From a candidate division FCPU426 bacterium (GTDB lineage: Bacteria; Oederibacteriota; PGYV01; Palsa-1178), in the NCBI GenBank assembly GCA_963840035.1, contig CAWIXE010000003.1, forward strand, positions 453,235 through 517,234: a DNA stretch of 64,000 bases, written 5' to 3'. Made by a program: the position numbers and the translations under genes. The notes under the pieces were generated by a model that was not told the origin of the DNA, made no database searches, and worked only from the letters and a program-made list of their open reading frames with translations. How positions within the stretch are numbered: the stretch's first letter is position 1; every line of letters starts with the position of its first letter. This document shows positions 59,203-64,000 of this stretch, piece by piece.

Positions 59203-59272
59203 CATACCACTTTGAAATTGACTTTTCCCCTGCCGGGCGTATAATATTACCCAAAACATACTGGAGGTTTTT

Positions 59273-60301
59273 ATGGTTAAAAAAATAGCGATTTTTATTG
59301 TTTTTATAATGATGCTCTGTGGCCCTGCTGTAATGGCGGAGGATTCCGCGGGTCTGAAACATAATTTAAACGGGATATTGCAGTTAAATCACGGGGATTA
59401 TTTTGGGGCCCTGGATCTTTTTAACAAGGCTATAAAGGCCGATTCAAAGTACGCTGACGCCTGGAATAATAAAGGCATGGCCCAGTTAAAGATAAACAGG
59501 GTTAAGGATGCGTTAAAAAGTTTTAATAAAGCCATAGAACTGCAGCAGGATTTCGCTGTTGCTTTCGCTAACAAGGGTCTCGCTCAGATTACCCTGGGTA
59601 AATCCGAGGATTCTTTAACAAGTTTTGATAAAGCGGTAGAGTTAAACCCCGGGCTTGAACCTGCCTGGGCAAATAAAGGAATGGCCTGCATGAACCTTGG
59701 AAAAGGCGATGACGCTGTTTATAATTTCAATAAAGCCCTTGCCATTAATCCCAAGAATGCCACAGTATGGGCAAATAAGGGAATGGCGCTGGCTATGATA
59801 TCGGATTTTGACGAATCGGAAGAATGCAGTAAACAGGCGCTTGCGCTGGACCCGGAAAACATAGACGCATGGGTGTTGCAGGGCGGGGTTATGTATCAAA
59901 AGGGGCAGTATGACAAGTCAGTTGAAAATTGTGACAGGGCGCTTGACGCGAAACCGAGCCTCTGGCCTGCCTGGCTTATAAAAGGCCGCAGCCTCCTGAA
60001 AAAGGAAGAATATGACGCGGCGCTTGTCTGCTTTATAAAGGCCACAAACTTTAACCATAAAATAGCGGAAGGCTATGTCGGAAAAGGCATGGCGCACTAC
60101 TACCTTAATTATCCGGTAGACGCGCTCTTAACGCTTAATAAAGCGCTTGACCTGAACGTAAAAAGCGGCGAAGCATGGTATTTCAAGGGCAAGGCGCTTG
60201 AGCTTCTTGAGAGGCCTGATGAAGCCAAAGATTGCATGAAAAATGGCTGCGACCTTGGGTACGCTGACGCCTGCGAGCCTTCAAAGGTTATGTACGAATA
60301 A
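59273..60301 (+). CDS. Exported tetratricopeptide repeat protein
   Basis: Signal peptide; about 9 AWxNKG...FNKA repeats. Confidence 0.9.
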   Translation: MVKKIAIFIVFIMMLCGPAVMAEDSAGLKHNLNGILQLNHGDYFGALDLFNKAIKADSKYADAWNNKGMAQLKINRVKDALKSFNKAIELQQDFAVAFANKGLAQITLGKSEDSLTSFDKAVELNPGLEPAWANKGMACMNLGKGDDAVYNFNKALAINPKNATVWANKGMALAMISDFDESEECSKQALALDPENIDAWVLQGGVMYQKGQYDKSVENCDRALDAKPSLWPAWLIKGRSLLKKEEYDAALVCFIKATNFNHKIAEGYVGKGMAHYYLNYPVDALLTLNKALDLNVKSGEAWYFKGKALELLERPDEAKDCMKNGCDLGYADACEPSKVMYE

Positions 60302-60504
60302 CCGATATTAAATGGATTTTTGAGGAATTATGTAGTATAATAGACCTACCGGTTAAATGCCACGAAATACCGGCTTACAAAAGCCGGGACACTCTTAGTT
60401 TGATAATGCACAGGCCACGGAGCCATTATAGAAACAACTGCTAATTCCTCCGCGTAATTGCACATTATTCATCCAAAAGAGAAAAAATTTCAGGAGGAAC
60501 AAGA

Positions 60505-60867
60505 ATGGCAGGCACAAAGATGTATGTAGGAAATCTGGTTTACGCGGTAACGTCCGACGAACTAAAGAACATTTTCTCGGCGTACGGCACGGTAAAAGAA
60601 GCTACAGTAATAGAAAGAAAAGGATTCGGTTTCGTCGAAATGTCGACACCGGAAGAAGCTGAAGCGGCAAAAACCGCCCTTAACGGAAAAGATTTTCAGG
60701 GCAGGGTCATGAAAGTGGACGAGGCAAGGCCGCCTAAGGAAAGAGGAGACAGGGCAGTCGGCGGCGGCGGCGGATTCGGCGGAGGAAACAGGGACCGCGG
60801 AGGAAGCGGCGGCGGATACGGCAATAAAAGAGGCGGCGGCGGTTTCGGCGGCGGCAACAGATACTAA
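60505..60867 (+). CDS. RRM RNA-binding protein with Gly-rich tail
   Basis: RNP2 MYVGNL, RNP1 KGFGFVEM; GGG/RGG-rich C-terminus. Confidence 0.93.
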   Translation: MAGTKMYVGNLVYAVTSDELKNIFSAYGTVKEATVIERKGFGFVEMSTPEEAEAAKTALNGKDFQGRVMKVDEARPPKERGDRAVGGGGGFGGGNRDRGGSGGGYGNKRGGGGFGGGNRY

Positions 60868-60906
60868 GTATCTGATATTAACCGGTAGATAATAACGTGG
60901 CATATA

Positions 60907-60941
60907 AGCCCCTGGTAGAAATACCAGGGGCTTTTTCTTTT
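60907..60941 (+). terminator. Rho-independent terminator
   Basis: aagcccctggta-gaaa-taccaggggctttttcttt. Confidence 0.88.
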
Positions 60942-60942
60942 A

Positions 60943-61155
60943 TGTTGTAGTGACGCACTGCGCTCCGGCGGCAATGGCGACCAAACCGAACTCGGCAAGA
61001 ATGGACTCGAGCGCATCGGCGCTGCAGTAATCATTCCGCGTGAACCGCTCGCGCCAGGACATTACCAGGTCGGGTTGAAGGAAGCCGGCAAACTCTACCA
61101 GTGGCGCTTCACAGTCACGGCGCCTGCTGCGCCCGTTCAATCGACGAGTCGCTAG
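60943..61155 (+). other. Headless 3' fragment of a high-GC gene at the compositional junction
   Basis: Open frame ...LERIGAAVIIPREPLAPGHYQVGLKEAGKLYQWRFTV...* with no credible start codon or RBS after the terminator. Confidence 0.5.
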
Positions 61156-62386
61156 CGGGTTCGAATCTGGCCAATGGAATCAGCAGTGCGAAGGACGCGA
61201 GCGCGACTGCGAATGCGGCGGCGATGGCGAACCGGTAGCTTCCCGTGCGATCTATGATTAGTCCCACCAGGGGCGGACCGACCATCGCGCCGAATCCGCC
61301 GCTCGTGTAAAGCGCGCCAAGCATCGTGCCCATCCGATTCGTGCCGAACAGGTGCGCGGCTACTGCCGGCGACAGTGCGACGTAGCCGCCGTATCCCGCG
61401 CCCATCACGAGCGCGAACACGACCATGATTGGATACGACGCCGCGCTGAGCCAGATTCCGTAGCTGAGCGCGAGCACCAGAAAGCTCGCCTGGTACAGAC
61501 GCACCACGCCGGCGCGGTCGGCCAGACTGCCGAGTCCCATCCGTCCCGCGACGCTCGCGCCGCCGATGATGCCGACCAGGGCGGCGCTGGCGAATTCACT
61601 GGCGCCGCGGTCGTGCGCGAACGACGGCAGAAACACGAACGGCACAAAGAGTGCGATCGAGACCATCACCGACGACGCGTACAGGAAGCCGAACGCCGGG
61701 CTGCGCAGCGCGTCGCGAAGGCTCCCCGCTCGCGACGGCGTCACATGAACGGGAGGCCGCTCGACGATCCAGGCGCAGCCGAGCAAAATGACGGCGACGG
61801 CCGCGTGCGAATGCGAGATACGTCGCGCGCCATCCGATATGCGAGATCGACGTGGCCGCAATCGGCGCACCGAATACTGTGCCGAATCCTATTCCCGCCA
61901 CCGCAATTCCCAACGCCGTGTTGCGCCGTCGCAGGAACCATCCGCCAACGACGGCGACCATCGGCACGTATGCGCATGCGACGCCCACGCCGACGCCGAG
62001 TCCGTAAGTCAGATAGCCGAGCCATAGTCGATCGATCATCGAGGTCAGCGCGAGACCGGCGCCCATGACGACAGCACCGGTCGCGACCACGATTCGCGGG
62101 CCGAAGCGATCCGACAGATGTCCCGTGACAGGACCGAGGAAACACCACACCAGCACCGTGATCGAGAACACCGCCGAGGTCGCGCTGCGCCGCGCACCGA
62201 ACTCCGCCGCCATCGGCTTGAAGAACGCGCCGAAGCTGTAAGCGACTCCATACACCGCGCACAGCGCCACGAACGCCGCCGCGACCATCCACCACGCCCG
62301 CGGCGAATCGAACAGCTCGAGCGACGGCAGGGCCTCGCGCGATCCTGCCGCACCCGAATCGCGGATTGTTCAGTGACGGCCTTCAT
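61115..62386 (-). pseudogene. MFS transporter (MCT/OFA-like), frameshifted; probably sequencing error
   Basis: N-half (GHLSDRFGPR, WFLRRRNTALG) and C-half (GSLADRAG) lie in different frames; 5' coordinate approximate. Confidence 0.75.
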
Positions 62387-62409
62387 GCTGGAGTGCGGCG
62401 CGCGCAGCT

Positions 62410-63253
62410 TTAAGCTCCTTGCGCTTGTCGGCATCGACGGTCGGATAGTGCAGATTCAGATCTTCCATTGCGTGGACGATCGCCGCGGCCACCACCAGCC
62501 GCGTGTACCATTTGTTGTCGGCGGGGACGACGTACCAGGGCGCATGCGCGTCGCCGTGTTCGGATCATTTCCTCGTATGCCGTCATGTAATCGTCCCATC
62601 GCTCGCGTTCCGACATCGGCGGCCGAAAATTTCCAGTTCTTGTCGGGCTCGTCAGACGCTCCAGGAAGCGCCTTTTCTGCTCCTTCTTCGAAAGGTTCAG
62701 AAAAAACTTGCGGATAACGACGCCGTTGCGCGACAGGTAGCGTTCGAACGCATTGATATCCTCGAAGCGCTCATCCCAGATGTCTTGTGACCAGCGAGGG
62801 CGGCAGTCTTCTGTGCTCGAGCAATTCCGGGTGCACCCGGACCACCAGCACTTCCTCGTAGTAGGAGCGGTTGAAGATGCCGATGCGTCCGCGCTCCGGC
62901 AACGCGCTTGATGGTGCGCCACAGGAAGTCGTGATCGAGTTCCTCCGGCGAAGGCTGCTTGAACGAATACACCTGGCAGCCCTGCGGATTGACGCCCGAC
63001 ATCACGTGCTTGATGGCGCCGTCTTTGCCGGCCGCGTCCATCGCCTGAAAGATCAGCAGCAGGGCCCAGCCGATCCTGCGCGTAGAGCTTGTCCTGCAAC
63101 TCGACCATCCGCTCGATCCCGAGCGGCAATACTTTTTCGGCCTGCTTTTCTCGACTTTACCCCGCTGGTGTCACCGGGGGCGAAGTCCTTCAAACGAAAC
63201 TTTTTGCCATTGTCAACGCGGTATGCTTTCGAGAAATCGGATGCGACTGACAT
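62410..63253 (-). pseudogene. ppk2: Polyphosphate kinase 2 family protein, multiply frameshifted
   Basis: Fragments [56 protein letters not shown] and ERERWDDYM are spread over three frames. Confidence 0.8.
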
Positions 63254-63433
63254 CGTGACGCTCCTTACGGCCAGGTTTGCGGCTGATTATCTCCGCACGG
63301 CCGGCAAATAAGAAGTGATTCACGCGATGCTCAGGGCGGCTTGAAACCTCGAAATTCCTCCAAATGGCAAAAAAGTGAAAAGCGAAAGGGTCAGGCGCTT
63401 TGGTTGGGTTGGAAGCTTTGACAGAATGAACTC

Positions 63434-63931
63434 ATGAAAATCAAAGCACTCGTCGGAAGCATTCTGTCTGCCCTCGCGCTCATGCTCGCTACCGTTGGCG
63501 CGCCGGCTCTGGCGGGTACCGTCAACTGCGATTCATACAACGAGCGGCGCAGTACGTGCTCGGCCGACACGCGCAACGGCGTCGCACTCCAGCGACAATT
63601 GAGCTGGAACAAGTGCAAGAAGGGCGTCAGCTGGGGCGTCCAGGACGACGACCGGATTTGGGTCGATCAAGGATGCCGCGGAGTGTTCTTCACCGGCGTG
63701 GGATGGTCCAACGGCGGAGGTGGCGGCGGTGGCGGGGGCGGCCAAGGGCGTCTGACCTGCGCGTCGTACAGCAACCGCCGAGCCGAATGCCCCGCGAATA
63801 CCGGCGGATGGGCCAAGCTGACCCGCCAATGGAGCAACGCGCCATGCATCCAGGGCGTCAGCTGGGGCTACAACAATCGAATGATCTGGGTGGACCGAGG
63901 CTGCCGCGCCGACTTCCAGTTCGGGAAGTAA
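63434..63931 (+). CDS. Secreted DUF3011-like protein (two Cys-rich repeats)
   Basis: Signal peptide; two C.S...C...L.RQ.S...C..GVSWG...IWVD.GCR..F units joined by a poly-Gly linker. Confidence 0.8.
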   Translation: MKIKALVGSILSALALMLATVGAPALAGTVNCDSYNERRSTCSADTRNGVALQRQLSWNKCKKGVSWGVQDDDRIWVDQGCRGVFFTGVGWSNGGGGGGGGGGQGRLTCASYSNRRAECPANTGGWAKLTRQWSNAPCIQGVSWGYNNRMIWVDRGCRADFQFGK

Positions 63932-64000
63932 TCGACCGGCGCGAGAAGAATAATTGCGCCATGAGCCGCGCGGTTTGCGCTGAGCTTGCCCAACGGCTAG

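Noticed and set aside
62410..63253. Programmed frameshifting in ppk2 or the MFS gene
   Set aside because: Multiple scattered indels in adjacent genes without slippery sites are better explained by sequencing error or decay.

Overview
Positions 1 to about 60,940 look like an ordinary moderate-GC bacterial chromosome from a diderm (SPOR, TolB-like and outer-membrane barrel proteins). It carries purSQLF, a potassium-uptake cluster (kdpFABC, a split kdpD, kdpE and a KimA-like transporter), a Phd/YefM-RelE toxin-antitoxin pair, hisC-aroF-tyrA-aroA-plsC-ispH-rpsA-rex, thrS, radA-yacL-ispD-ispF-cysS-rlmB, two tRNA loci (Val/Asp on the minus strand; Tyr/Thr/Gly on the plus strand) and assorted accessory genes. 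The unusual content is non-coding. (1) An intact tRNA-Gly(TCC) is followed by three tandem copies, each interrupted in the D-loop (20/21) by a 78-79 nt structured insert. A covarying 76-nt relative of that insert overlaps the 5' end of tRNA-Val 15 kb away. (2) About a dozen intergenic hairpins have arms built from 7-nt periodic repeats of differing sequence; one lies next to a four-helix-bundle gene and is shared with the tRNA-Gly array. (3) There are ~201-bp IS256-like MITEs with 8-9 bp target duplications. (4) Small AT-rich gene cassettes downstream of tRNA-Asp each end in a tRNA-3'-like motif plus a terminator. After about 60,945 the sequence changes abruptly to high-GC DNA that starts mid-gene and has many frameshifts (MFS transporter, PPK2), most likely a contig join or chimera from another organism. 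All calls are from visual inspection; no searches were run.
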